Counted from the first letter of the stretch, positions 1 to 13,050 are shown. The stretch is 64,000 nt of DNA from Bugula neritina (GCA_964035545.1 OZ037766.1:1736001-1800000), one strand, 5' to 3'. Program-made: numbers and translations. Notes: generated by a model not told the origin, from the letters alone.

Positions 1-49
1 ATAACTTGTGTTTCTCTACTTTTCTGATGAGTCACTTCATCTTTCACAG

Positions 50-3000
50 GGTCTGAATGTAATACTACCAGTTATAGACTCCATCAAGTATATTCAAAGT
101 TTAAAAGAAATAGCAATAGACGTCCCTCACCAGTCTGCTATATCATCAGACAATGTGGTACTGAACATTGACGGAGTACTTTATCTTAAAGTATTGGACC
201 CCAACAAGGTAGGAAAACTCCCATTGAGTTTTATTCTAATGTTGGTTCCAAAACTGCTGAGTCATAGCCTTAGCATATTACTTTGATTACATACATGCGC
301 ACACTCACACACACACACGCACACGCACACACAATGCTGTAATGGTATATATGAGAACCTGTGCATATGAAACAAACTCTCTGCACATAAAGCACACATT
401 ATGTGAAGATATGATATGGTATGTTAGGATATGATATATTATTATGATATGATATATTATGATATGACATAATATTATATGATACAATACAATACAGGCT
501 AGCTACGGTGTAGAAGACGCAGAGTACGCAGTCACTCAGCTTGCACAGACCACGATGAGGTCCGAAATAGGTCGTATCACAATGGACAACGTGTTCAAAG
601 AGAGAGAGGCGCTTAACCAGTCTATCGTAGGTATGACTGAGTCCACTTTGGTCAAGAAGAAGCTAGACGTGTGTAACAGCGTGTATCTGTATGACAGTGA
701 GACTTTTATTTAATAGGAAAGCGCGGGCATAGTGTGTAGAGTATGAGTCATGTTATGATGTGCTGCTTTGTATTAATATAAATTACTGCTATACATGGCA
801 TGTCGCCATCATTGTGTTACATTCTATTACCACTTTATATTATGTTGCTGCTATTCTTCAATATATTACTACTCTATACAATATATTACTACTCTATACA
901 ATATATTACTACTTCATACCACATATTACTGGCTTTACTGCTATATATGACATAATACTACTACTATAAATAACATATATTACTACTATATATAACACAG
1001 TACACTATACTGCTATATATTACATACTATTATATATTACATACTACTACTATGTATTACATACTACTACTATATATTACATACTACTACTATATATTAC
1101 ATACTACTACTATATATTACATACTACTACTATATATTACGTACTACTACTATATATAACATACTACTACTATATATTACATACTACTACTATATATAAC
1201 ACAGTACACTATACTACTATATATAACATACATTACTACGATATATATATAACACACAGATGCCATAAACAAGGCCTCAGCTGCCTGGGGAATCACCTGT
1301 CTCAGGTATGAAATCCGAGACATCAAAATGCCGGACAGAGTTGCCGAGGCCATGCAGCTCCAAGTGGAGGCTGAGAGGAACAAACGAGCCCAGGTTCTAC
1401 AGTCTGAAGGTAACGGAGGGGGGGTGTCTTGTCTACCAGACATTTGTAGAACCTGCTCACTTTATGAAATCAGTTCCCATTTGGTATACTATCTAAAAGT
1501 GACAAATAGTTTTAGCAGCTTGGAGTAAAACTGAGGCTGAAGCTTCATTCAATCTGCTCTCAGAAGCCGTCAAAAGTAATATTTATCGATAAAAACGAGA
1601 AAGTTGTGTTGCAGGTGTTAAGATATCTCAGATAAACAAAGCCGAAGGAGAAAGGCAGGCGGCCATCTTGAAGTCTGAGGCCCAGAGAGAGGCTCAGATT
1701 AACATAGCTAAGGGTGAGGCTAATGCTATAGTCGCAAAGGCTGAAGCTAAGGCTAAATCTCTAGAAGTTCTTTCACAGGCTATTGGACAGAAGGTATGAG
1801 TTTGGAGTTGTCTCTCCACATACTTGTGTTAGTAAAAGGCCTTTACAATGTTCTACTTGTTGAAAATTTCCTCAATTTTGGAGTTATATTTCTACATACT
1901 TGTATTGGTGACTTCACTGTACAGTATTAGAGTGGGTGTAAGTACATTGGTAAAAAGGAGAGAAATTACTACGTAGACACAGACTACATGATAGTATAGC
2001 CAAGTGTAAGGGATATCAACAACCGCCCCAACACTAAACGCTTCGTGGTAGGATATTTGGCACTGAATCCTGTTTTAGGACTAGAATGGAGGGAAATCGT
2101 CCTACCAATACAACAGTTATACTAAGCTGGGCCACACTATTTCTTGCAGGGGAAGACGAATCCTATATTGTTTATTATAAACTTAATGTCTTACTGTTTC
2201 AGAACGGACACGACGCCGTCTCACTGAACATAGCAGAGCAGTACGTATCTGCCTTCAGTAACCTGGCCAAGGAGACTAACACTGTGCTCTTACCTAACGA
2301 TACCGGAAACATGAGTAATATGGTCGCTCAGGTGTGTATGTCTTATTAATATAGTATAGTTCAGGTGTGTGTGTTAGTAATATAATAGTTCAGGTGTGTA
2401 TATGTTAGTTATATCGCTTCTTTTTTATTGAAATTTTTATTGAAGATCTGTTGCCCTGCGAGTTTTTGTGTTATTAAAAAAGCTACCGATTTGTTCCACA
2501 AAGTTTTTGAAAAAATTAATATATTATGTGAGTAAGAGAACATAAATTAATTAGGATAATTGTGTAACAATATGTAATACATTTGTAGCACAATTTCGCT
2601 TTACTGTGTAAAGGAACCAATTTTTGTTAACATAATATAGTAGATAGATTAAGTTAACTTCAAGCTCTCTATTGATGGAGAAATACTTGGTGATGGAAAA
2701 ACCCTTATATTGCATCGTAGTATTTTGGTAGACGGAGTCACGCAGAGTATGTTATAAGAACACAGCAGACATATTGGTTATGACCTTCACATTACCATCA
2801 ATCAACACTCATACTTTATACTCTACACACTCTTCTACTAAGCTCCTCCCTTCTTCATTAGCTAACTGTGCACTTTATTGAGCAAGTCATTTTCCTTTAT
2901 TAAATAAATTCTATATTTGAAGTTTTTATTAAGTTTTGTAATCTGTTGGTTTTATTAAAGTGCTGGTGCTGATAACACATTGAGGGGGTGATTGTATTGT

Positions 3001-3516
3001 GTATTATATAATATGTTCTCCACTGGGTTTCTCTCTTGACTTTATTTACTTTAACTTACTATAAAGTCGGTCTAGTAAAGATAAAAGACAGTTCAAATAT
3101 TTACGTCGCTCGGCTTAGGGCATACAACAAATATTACCTGTTATTTTGAAACATGTTTTCATACAAGTTTTTCTATTTTTGGTTAACAATATTGAATTAA
3201 TCAATCTATTTACTGAAGTATTGTGTTACTGGGTATATATGTTCAGAAACTGGGTTTACAGTTTTGTATTAAATTAGAAACATGGTTTTTATCCACTTTG
3301 TTAACGATACAGTTGATGTACATGTTGACAGGTGTCATTTCTACTTCTCCACATATGCAGCTCTCAACTGCATGTCTCTACTGTCTCATGACACTTATCA
3401 GCAAGTGCTTGTTTATCTGTTGCTAGGCGATGACTATCTACAAGAATATTGGTGACAAACAAACTCCAACACTAGATTTGGAATCTTTAGCTGCGGAGGA
3501 TAAGAATGACTCTTGA
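50..3516 (+). CDS. STOML2: Stomatin-like protein 2 (SPFH/band 7), 5'-partial; exons 50-208, 498-630, 1260-1409, 1615-1793, 2203-2331, 3427-3516
   Basis: All junctions GT-AG and phase-consistent. Translation GLNVILPVIDSIKY..QSAISSDNVVLNIDGVLYLKV-DP / ASYGVEDAEYAVTQLAQTTMRSEIG / WGITCLRYEIRDI / MQLQVEAERNKRA / AEQYVSAFSNLAKETNT is typical SLP-2. Stop TGA at 3514-3516; AATAAA at 3812. Confidence 0.95.
960..1250. repeat. 20-bp minisatellite (ATACTACTACTATATATTAC)n in a STOML2 intron
   Basis: Tandem copies visible at 1020-1200, degenerate on the flanks. Confidence 0.9.
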
Positions 3517-4510
3517 GTTAGCTGATTGGATGATGTGTCTACGAAGAGGAAACATCTAGTAGTTTCAGCTCACAGTTGATGTGACTGAAATTATACCTTT
3601 TCCATTATTTCTATTATTATTTTCAACTGAATGTAAAGTGTTAGACTCTTCCACCTGCACACTTTCCTTTTGGTCTCAAGACTGTATATTTTGCAATGCA
3701 ATACGAGTCAACTTTTTACATATTTGTTTTTAGTTTCACGACTGGAGTTATCCAATTGCGTTATTCATGTGAGAAAAGCTTATCTGTAATCTTGATATTC
3801 TTTAATGTTGGAATAAATATCTAAATAGTTTATAAAAATATAATATATAATTGGACTAGACAGCACAAAATACCATAAAATAGACAACTTCATTCACTCA
3901 AGGAGGATGGGTCAAGGTTATATGAGACTTTGAACTCGTAAGACCTTGTGAAACTTATATTTAAGAACTCAGTCTAAGATCTAAAGTCATTGAGGCACTT
4001 GGGTACACAGTCTAGTTTTATGTACATATAAAATGGCTACATACATAATTTAAATGATGTAATATTGAGATGGTAATAATAAATCAAATATTGACACAAT
4101 ATTCAATAAATGCACACATGAGGAACATGAGCCCCAGGTGTGAGGGAATTTACATTCTGCTGCTGAAATGCGCTGCCAGTAGAATAGGAGTAACATTTCT
4201 ATTAGATTGGATAGCGCTTCCTGTGCTATAACTTGTTTGGTGATCGTGCCTGACTCGGGACTAGTGTCAGTTATTTTAGTGACTGTCAACAGGTTCCCAC
4301 GTGGGTCTAGTAATGAAAACTGAGCACCTGTTCCACCTGCAGCATGTGTCTCTCTATGACAATATGATCAGCTTGATCAACTCGCATTATAACAGCCATT
4401 TAAATCATGCTGCAACCTTAGAATCTTTCAAACATCTAGACCTTGGCATAGCCTCAGGCCACTTGTTTTCCTAAGGTCAGCTGACCCCATAGCCTCAGGT
4501 CTGCAAAGTG

Positions 4511-7500
4511 TTAAATACGGTGTGCAGAATATTTGCTCAGAATTGCCATCTGCTGCTCTAACCACTGTCTGCACTTTATTTTCGACTGGCGGATGATTTC
4601 GCAATCCTCCTGATCCCAGTCGAAGTTCTGAGCATTCTTGACAGCCGAATATCTAGAGTCATAACCTTCCGGGGTGATCTCAAAGGGACCCATCGCATTC
4701 AGTCCATCTATCCCTAGGATTTTTATGCTCACTTCACTGGCTTTGTCATCTACTACAGAAGTTGGCTTCCCTTCTGCCAGAGTTTGTGTTGTCTGCACAG
4801 GAAGTGGTTCAACTGGAGTTGTTGTTGGATGGGTCTGAGCTCCACTTTGTTTTGCTTCTATTGATTTTCTACGTACACATGCCTGCTTTTCAATAGAAGG
4901 TGTAGTTCGTATAGTCTGCTTGTAATTGTAGTGTAAGGGAAGGCGACTCTTTATATTTTGTTCCTTTTTGTTACTCAACTGGGAAAAGTCAAACGATTTC
5001 TGTAACCTAGTAATAGTAGGAAATGGAGATTTACAAGTTTCCTTGTGTGGTTCCCGTCTCTGATTAAAGGCTAGCAGTTCGTTTCTCCTGTCAGCGCTGT
5101 TCATGACTATTGACAATCTCGCACGCGCTCGCTGCCTCGCAGATATTCGATAAGAAATCTGCGACGGAGCTGACAATCTCTCAAAGACGTTCATTTTTTT
5201 GGTCTGTTCGTTTGGTATTGCTGTTACTGCTGGTTTGTGCTTGTTTATGTAGCTCTGTATCCACTGACTAGACTGGTAGTAGTCTTGTACTTCTTTTCTC
5301 CCAACAGACAAGGGACTGTTAGCACAGGCAGTCGCTGGTCTACGCCCCGAGCTCTTCCCCTCGAACTCGTCCTTGGGCAATGTTTGTGCACCACCTGTGT
5401 TTCTTTCTGGTGACTGTTCGACTAGAGGTTTATCTGCAAGTATCTGCATTTCTTCTGCAGATAAACTCTGTTCTTTGGTGACCATGTGTTGAGATTTCAT
5501 ACTTGATGTGCCAATGGCACTATCTTGATCATGCATTTGGTAGTTATCCCCATAGTTCTTTTTATTGTTCTCTACATTTTCATTTGTTGTTGAGCTACTG
5601 TTTTGTTGATCTTTTAATTCAGTTTCTTTTTTCATCTCATTTCTTGTCTCCGTGATTGCTTGAATGGCTTCAACAGACATTCTTGAAAAGAGCTGCAACC
5701 TATAAAATCATTTTGATTGCATAACAACAGCATTTGATATTCATTTAGATTTTAGTCAGTCGTAACACCAGCTACTCTGTAGTCTAGACTATTATAGCTC
5801 TCAATCTATTGCAATACTAGTTCACTAACCTATTTCATCTTTCATACATACTTTATTAAATCGGTGATTATACTTCTAGGAAACAATGTATTTCTATTGA
5901 TAAGAAGGCTGTTACTAGGTCTGCCTTTACATAAGATATCCTAGAACTTATTACGTGTATATTTATATTCTGAACATAATATTATAGGTAAGCAATTTAA
6001 CTTCAAGATTTCTACCAACTAATAATGAAAAGCATATTGATTGTTGTCTCGGTAGTAATTTTTAAGAATTTTATTTATAAAACCCAGTGCTTATTTTCAG
6101 ACTACTTCTACAAGGAAGGTTTTAATGACTTGAATAGTTTTGTTGCTAATAGCAACCAGCTGGAACCAACTGCATTCAAAAGTTAGCGTTGGAGCACTGC
6201 TTATAGGTGCCCAACTTAGGATAAGTCAGTAGCGATAGATACTAAGGCTTTATTCAAATAACATGTTAAGGAGACTATTATTTAATAAGTATATGTAACT
6301 CATAAACAAGAGCTTACACAAAGTAATCTCGTCTGAAACTGGATTACAAGTTATAAGAACACTGCAAAAGGAAAGTTCTAGACTTTCAGTTACTGGCAAA
6401 TACTACAGGCTAAAGTATTTCTCTGCAATGTCATTTGATTAATTGATTATTTAATTTAATTATTCTGCACACAAAACCACTTAATAACAATTTTATTTAA
6501 TCATGTCAATTTAAAGGCCAAGTTTTCAGGTTGGCATACTTTGTCCTACCACCTCAGAAGAGAATGAGAAAAACCTTTTGTCAAGGTGCATCCTGATAAC
6601 GCACTCAAGGGACACGAGTATTACATCATCTCTCAGAATTTTACATAATCATATAACTATAACAATTATAATAAATTTAAACAACCTTGAGCTTCATTAT
6701 TATCATGGGCAATGAGTCATAATTTATTTCACATGCTAAACATCAAAATTAGTTTTTTATCCCAAATAAAGAAACTATCATTTTAGTTGTAAATTTTTTA
6801 TTTTAGTCTAACTTATTTTTTGAACATGCAGCTGAACTATTAATCATTAAAAGATAACTTGAATTATATGTCAGCAAATTCAACTCTTATAAATCTAAAT
6901 TTAAATGACACTTAAAATTAATGAACAGATAAATATGAACTGGGAACCAGCATAGACTTAAGTAAATGGATCTTAGTTACCATATGCGGTTGGACGTTAT
7001 TACTGTATAATAAAACTTCCCCAACATTAGAATAAATCATATCATGTTATCAAAATTATTTTTCATTACAAATGCATCATAATATTTAGCCTTAATAATA
7101 AACATTTAGTTTTACTTAATCATCTGTTAGTACACCAACTAAAAGCCAAAGCCCTATATAAACATACTAATAATGTACTAGTTGATAAGTATTAATACAT
7201 TGGCTAACATTCTAGACACTTAGATAACACTGTTGTTGAGGAGTTTGATACTGATCCTTATATTTAGCATAATTTCTTAAAATAAACTGACTATAGATCA
7301 GATAGTCTATTTTTAGCAATGCTATTCATAGCAGTAACTGTATATACAGCATTGTACTTTCAATACGACTGTTTTTCAGTTTCATTAAATGTCATCTCTC
7401 TAAACTATCAGCTAGAATATAATAACTTTACTGCAAGTTACTTGTGGCCTACTTTTTATTTCATACTAAATATTACCAAAATAATTCTAATAATATTGTA

Positions 7501-7852
7501 GTTATATGTTGCTGCGCTTTAAAACGTTCAACATGTTTGACTGTGTATTCATAACATTTTTATAGCAAGTTATAAACAATCATTATAGTAGCAAATCTCA
7601 GTCACAATATTTTTGCAGTGCATGTAATTTGAATCACACTTCGGCATATTTTACATAACAAAATAAAATTTATTTTTTTACAAAGTAAACCAGTTATCAC
7701 ATATACTTTCTTTGCAAGTACAACCTATACATTTAGCGATAGTTTATTGTTAACTTCAATTCACCTTACCTGTTGGTTTGTTTAGGTGGTGATTTTGCCA
7801 ACTTCTTTGCTGATTTGTTTCGTTTATGGTGTTCTTTTGATGATCTTTCCAT
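4511..7852 (-). CDS. Uncharacterized low-complexity protein, ~423 aa, 2 exons (7852-7770, 5699-4511)
   Basis: Exon 1 ATG..MERSSKEHHKRNKSAKKLAKSPPKQTN ends AG|GTAAG (phase 2) and joins the acceptor ttttatag|G at 5699 in frame with the 395-codon ORF. The protein is S/T/Q/K-rich with a compact C-terminal motif (FEITPEGYDSRY..KCRQWL). Confidence 0.75.
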
Positions 7853-10837
7853 GTTTAGTTTGTGTTAGGGGCACCTGCTAGTTGGGAACAAGCACCTGTC
7901 ATCTATAATAAACCAAGTACCTGTTTGCTTTAGTCACACCAAACTTCTCACTGAGTTTCAGGTGTAAGCAGGTACTTGCTCACTCAACTGCTATCTATCA
8001 GAGCACATGACACTTCAGTGCAGCACTGCCTCTTATACAATAACACCTAATCATTTTTTGTTTGTTTAAAATGCAAATATTCTACTCTGAGCTGTTTCAT
8101 GTATGTAAAGTAACCCAATATGATTTCAATTTAATACTACAACCTATTTACATCTAGATATAAATATAAATATAATAGCAATGCTGATCACTATACAGAA
8201 TGTTATGCCATATCTCCAATCAGCATAGGCTAAGGCAGCGTCAGCTATAATAGCCATTAGTGTCTAAGCACTATATACTGTATCTATAGTATTGTTTATA
8301 CTATGAATGGAGTTGACGTAACATTCTGTGATTAGCATCTAGTCTATACAATAGTTTCACTTTGAAACTCAAATAATCAAATGTCCCCTATTTTAGCACT
8401 TAAACACGTATTTCCTATGGCTGGTGCAAGCTGTACTCTGTATGTGTGTGTAAATATATAATTCTAATTTATCTTTGAGTGATTGTAGATAATAACATAA
8501 TAATATATAATATATTATATATTATATTCATCTCATAGGATACTAATAATACAGTTTCAAACCAAAACTTACCAAAAAAAATTCGGGAACTTACATTGCT
8601 AAAAAAATAAACCGAAAGCAATATTTTCACTGTTAACTTGGTTTTTAGTTAGCTTCAATGGCATCTACTATTAGCAGCTGTCTTTAGTCATAATGGTTGT
8701 AGATGTAACTGCTGGAACTGTTTTGTTTATTAAGTGCCCACACTGCTTATATGATAAATAATGTATAACTGTTAGTCTAACACAAATATTATTTCACTGC
8801 TAATATTGTTGAAACCTAAAGCTATGATATACTTACATCTAACCTGTCTTGCGTGAAACTATGAATTCTTCCTTGAGCATAAAGAATGTTCTGATTAATG
8901 ATTAATTTAACACTCTTTGATTAATTCTTACGGAAAGTGTTACTCAACGCCTGCATTGTTTAATTAGCCAGCTGGAGTAAAACAATAAGACATGCATTCA
9001 TGTCATTCAAATGGTTATTCAACTCTGAATCAATATTAGTAAATATATCAATACAGTATAGCTCTAATTCTCTGATTTTATAGTTTTGCAAGGGGTGGGG
9101 GTAAGCTTACACGCATTCATAAGTGCAATTAATTGAAATATTTGCTCATAGTATTTGAAAAGTTTGTTTGTTTTGGGATAAACTTACTATGCAGGCTGCA
9201 GCCAGCAGGTAAAAGTGATTGAAATATTAGTTCCTGTTTAAAATGTTCACTGCTGAAATTCTCCAGCTATTATAATGTGCATAATTACTATACCCCAGGC
9301 TAGATTGTTGTAAATTATTATAGGAGTCATCTTTCCTTTGATGCATAATCCTGCATAGCAAGTGCACAAGTGTACTTAAGTGTTTCATACAACTATGCTG
9401 ATAGTAAAAACGTCTGCGCATGAGAAAAAACACTTTTTAAACTGAATTCCTCAATGAACTTATTTGAGTTCCACCGCGGCCCCCTACCCCTTCTCCATGG
9501 AATATAAGGAACAGCCACCAAGGTTGTAAGTTGTGTGCTCCCTGATTTGCCTGACGCATCATTTAGCTACCTACAATAGATAAGAAGACAACTTCTAAAA
9601 TCAAACTTTTAGTTAACAATCACAGTTCGTACCAGTCTTTTAATCTTTTACAAGACATAAAAACAATTGCTAGGTATTTGCTTATAGGCCAGGAAGTTAG
9701 AAACTAGGCTATTGCTGAGTTGTGCAATGGGCATGCTCAGCCAATCAGCATATCGTAATGTTATCACTCAAACTCAAATTTTCCTATTAATAAATTTAAC
9801 ATTCAAAAACTAATTGTAGGAATATAAAGCTATTTGGATAAATAATTCTTTTGTGATATAACTAAAGCAAGTTACTTGTAGTGAATTAACTAAATGTAAA
9901 CAAGGTAACCCACTAACTTACATAGTAAATAATATAGAATATTTGGCTGTGATGTTAAGCTTTCAGTCGGAGTAGTGCTTTCAATATAAAAAAAGCTTCC
10001 ACGATTCACTTTACAACTCAAATATTTTAATTCCTATTTATAAAATGGGTGAAAGTTAAAGCTCTATATGGTGTCAACAAACTGTTTATAAGCTATGAAA
10101 CTAAATTATACCGAGCTGCTGGTTGCACAATATTATAATGAATAATGTTTCTTCTTTAGGTATCAAAATACATCTCTCTGACACAAGTTAAATCTATTAA
10201 ATAGTTTCAACAGTGAAAAACATATAATAAAGCTTTCGCAGTATGCAGTGATAAACAAATGTACTATTATATTATATATACAATATTATATTATATAATA
10301 TTTATACCTTTTACTACCATGTCCTGATTGGGCGTCAGGGAAGAGATATACTATATTATATTATATTATATTATTTTATACTGTATTGTAATATGTAATG
10401 TTACTTTATATTATATTATATTAGATTATATTATACTATATCATATTATATTATAATAATATGTTATAATAATACATGTTAATAATACATTTTAAGCATG
10501 CAGCTATGTCCAAACACACTTCAGTACGTAATAAACCAACGTTTTGCAAACCCACGCACTGAGTTACAAGCGTTATAGCAGTTATAATTAAACAGGAAAT
10601 ACAGTGAAAAGAGCGTTATTATACTATGCGTGGGTTTTGTTTTGTAAAAGTACTCAAATAAACTTTAATGAATATTAGGAGTTGTGTAACCATAAATAGC
10701 AACATGTAATAACAACATTCACAAGCTATAATAAATAACATGTTATAACAATAGTCATGTGCTATAAATAGCATGATATAACAATAGTCATGTGCTATAA
10801 ATAGCATATAGATCAAATAGTCTATGAGCTGTTAATG

Positions 10838-10839
10838 TA

Positions 10840-10917
<78 letters not shown>
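10838..10917. repeat. (TA)n microsatellite, left flank of the PLE
   Basis: Direct observation; two TAC interruptions. Confidence 0.95.
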
Positions 10918-10922
<5 letters not shown>

Positions 10923-10946
10923 GAAATAAAATGAGATTTGATTAAT

Positions 10947-11017
10947 ATAATGGCATTTATTACTAGTAGTTTCGTACACAAGAACGATGTGCACTCGTCA
11001 GATAAATTAGCCACTAT
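10947..11017 (-). ncRNA. Type I hammerhead ribozyme (PLE 3' region copy)
   Basis: Reverse complement of 12889-12959. Confidence 0.88.
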
Positions 11018-11104
11018 GATTGCTTACAACTATAAATGAAAATATACACAGATTAAAGCTAGAAGATCAAAATATAACAAAGAGGTAGCATTGTAATTAA
11101 TTGG

Positions 11105-12445
11105 CTATGTTACAGCATTCTTGAGTAGAAATTTACTACTATGTCTGCATATGGATAAAAAGTCATAGCGCTTATTGAGGGAAGACAACTGTGGCTTATA
11201 AAGAATGAAAAATTTTTCCCATGAGCATAGCTGACAGATTTTAGTGTTGTTGTTGTATGGTTGAGCTTTTCTGAGAATTTTCCAGGATATGGTAAAATCC
11301 AGACCTTTGTCTTTTAAGGTCCAGATGTGTTTGCTCAACTCAGTTTGCATGCGCTTGGTTGGGTGTCTGAAAGAAGCAAGGTGGTTGTAGTATCTTGCCT
11401 TGAATGCAGTGGAGGAAATTCCTATATATGTTTCGGCAGTATCTTTTGATGGGACGGATACTTTGGCCTGGTACACAATGTTTGGGGTGGTGCATTCTCC
11501 TGGGAGCGGGCATGTCTTTACATTTCTACAGTTACAGCCTGCCTGTGATATAGGGGTGGTGTTGCATTTAGTAACACTTTTGTTGTGAGCAGTGATGGTC
11601 TGCTCTAAATTTGGGCAGCAACTGTAGCTGAGTTTGAGTGTGTTTTTATTAAATATTTTGTGCAGTGGGTGTTTGGTGTTGAATATATCTTTTATCAGCT
11701 TGAGGTATATGGAGCCGATTTTCGTCTTTACATTGCGGCTATAAGGTGGATTGTACCAGATGACTTGTCTTTGTCTGATGGGTTTGATGCTTGTATTGGT
11801 GTTGTCAGTATAGTCTTTGTATTTAAGTTGGTAGTCATATCCGCTTTTAGCCAAAGCATCTTGATATAGTGGGATGGCATTGTTGAAGATAGTTTCATTG
11901 GTAGATATGTCACAAAGTCTGCGGTTTATAGATTCTGGTATGTTATTCAGTATGCTGGGAGGATGGTTAGAGTCTTTGTGTACATACAGAGGGATGTTGT
12001 TGGGCTTGGAGTACGGTGTATGATGTTTCTTGACCAGATCTAGGGTGACGTCTAAATAGTCAGTTGTCTTGATATTAACATCTATGGTGATCTTTAGACC
12101 GTGTGACTGGAATAATATGCAAAGATCTTTTTTCAGTCTTTCAGCTAGTTGTGGTTTAAGATCTGTTACACCTAGCCCATCGTCTCTATATAGTCCAATG
12201 TTAGCTTTGAACTTTTTTGAGATTTTACTTAACAAAAATAATCCTACTAATTCACATGTTTCAGCACCATCATGTGAGCCCATAGTGATGTCAAACAAAT
12301 TATCTGATTGTCTTTTACCCCAAAATGAGTTGTCATGCACCAATATGGATTTTTTTGTGTGCAATATGATATTCCGTTCGTGGTTGCTGACTGTAGTATG
12401 CAAGTTGGCAAAGTCGAGAGCATCAGATAGTAGCTTTGGCCAAAG
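11105..12445 (-). CDS. PLE polyprotein fragment: RT motifs B-E/thumb plus GIY-YIG endonuclease with Cys clusters
   Basis: Motifs MGSHDGAETCELVG, LYRDDGL, DYLDVTLDL, YVHKDSNHPP, WYNPPYS, CNCR-x4-CPLPGEC, IVYQA..YIG..FKARYYNH, CQLCSWEK, SICRH. No stops or frameshifts. The first ~21 aa of the track ORF come from the inverted arm. Confidence 0.92.
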   Translation of the reverse strand, partial: LWPKLLSDALDFANLHTTVSNHERNIILHTKKSILVHDNSFWGKRQSDNLFDITMGSHDGAETCELVGLFLLSKISKKFKANIGLYRDDGLGVTDLKPQLAERLKKDLCILFQSHGLKITIDVNIKTTDYLDVTLDLVKKHHTPYSKPNNIPLYVHKDSNHPPSILNNIPESINRRLCDISTNETIFNNAIPLYQDALAKSGYDYQLKYKDYTDNTNTSIKPIRQRQVIWYNPPYSRNVKTKIGSIYLKLIKDIFNTKHPLHKIFNKNTLKLSYSCCPNLEQTITAHNKSVTKCNTTPISQAGCNCRNVKTCPLPGECTTPNIVYQAKVSVPSKDTAETYIGISSTAFKARYYNHLASFRHPTKRMQTELSKHIWTLKDKGLDFTISWKILRKAQPYNNNTKICQLCSWEKFFILYKPQLSSLNKRYDFLSICRHSSKFLLKNAVT

Positions 12446-12801
12446 TATCCGTCCCATCAAAAGATACTGCCGAAACATATATAGGAATTTCCTCCACTGC
12501 ATTCAAGGCAAGATACTACAACCACCTTGCTTCTTTCAGACACCCAACCAAGCGCATGCAAACTGAGTTGAGCAAACACATCTGGACCTTAAAAGACAAA
12601 GGTCTGGATTTTACCATATCCTGGAAAATTCTCAGAAAAGCTCAACCATACAACAACAACACTAAAATCTGTCAGCTATGCTCATGGGAAAAATTTTTCA
12701 TTCTTTATAAACCACAGTTGTCTTCCCTCAATAAGCGCTATGACTTTTTATCCATATGCAGACATAGTAGTAAATTTCTACTCAAGAATGCTGTAACATA
12801 G
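12438..12801 (+). pseudogene. Inverted duplicate of the C-terminal part of the GIY-YIG domain (within the pseudo-LTR)
   Basis: Translation is identical to the last ~120 aa of the - strand ORF. It lacks the upstream IVY (GIY) motif and has no ATG start. Confidence 0.9.
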
Positions 12802-12888
12802 CCAATTAATTACAATGCTACCTCTTTGTTATATTTTGATCTTCTAGCTTTAATCTGTGTATATTTTCATTTATAGTTGTAAGCAATC

Positions 12889-12959
12889 ATAGTGGCTAAT
12901 TTATCTGACGAGTGCACATCGTTCTTGTGTACGAAACTACTAGTAATAAATGCCATTAT
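12889..12959 (+). ncRNA. Type I hammerhead ribozyme (inverted pseudo-LTR copy)
   Basis: Stem I ATAGTGGC-ta-ATTTAT / ATAAAT-GCCATTAT. Core CTGACGA at 12905-12911. Stem II GTGCACA/TGTGTAC with a 7-nt loop. Then GAAAC, a minimal stem III ACT-act-AGT, and cleavage triplet GUA at 12943-12945. Confidence 0.88.
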
Positions 12960-13050
12960 ATTAATCAAATCTCATTTTATTTCTTCTAATGTTTACGCTC
13001 TAGATTTATTTCTATAGAGCACTCTAGTAACGTTTTATAAACACTCATTT

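Noticed and set aside
11105-12445. Selenoprotein-type Naiad (in-frame UGA plus SECIS)
   Set aside because: All conserved Cys positions in the visible ORF are ordinary Cys codons, there is no in-frame TGA, and no convincing SECIS was seen.
12446-12502. N-terminus MQWRKF.. of the 465-aa track ORF
   Set aside because: It is read from the antisense of the inverted arm; a junction artefact, not the element's true start.
12069-12566. 165-aa + strand ORF and other short ORFs overlapping the PLE
   Set aside because: Antisense shadows of the RT frame with no independent motifs.
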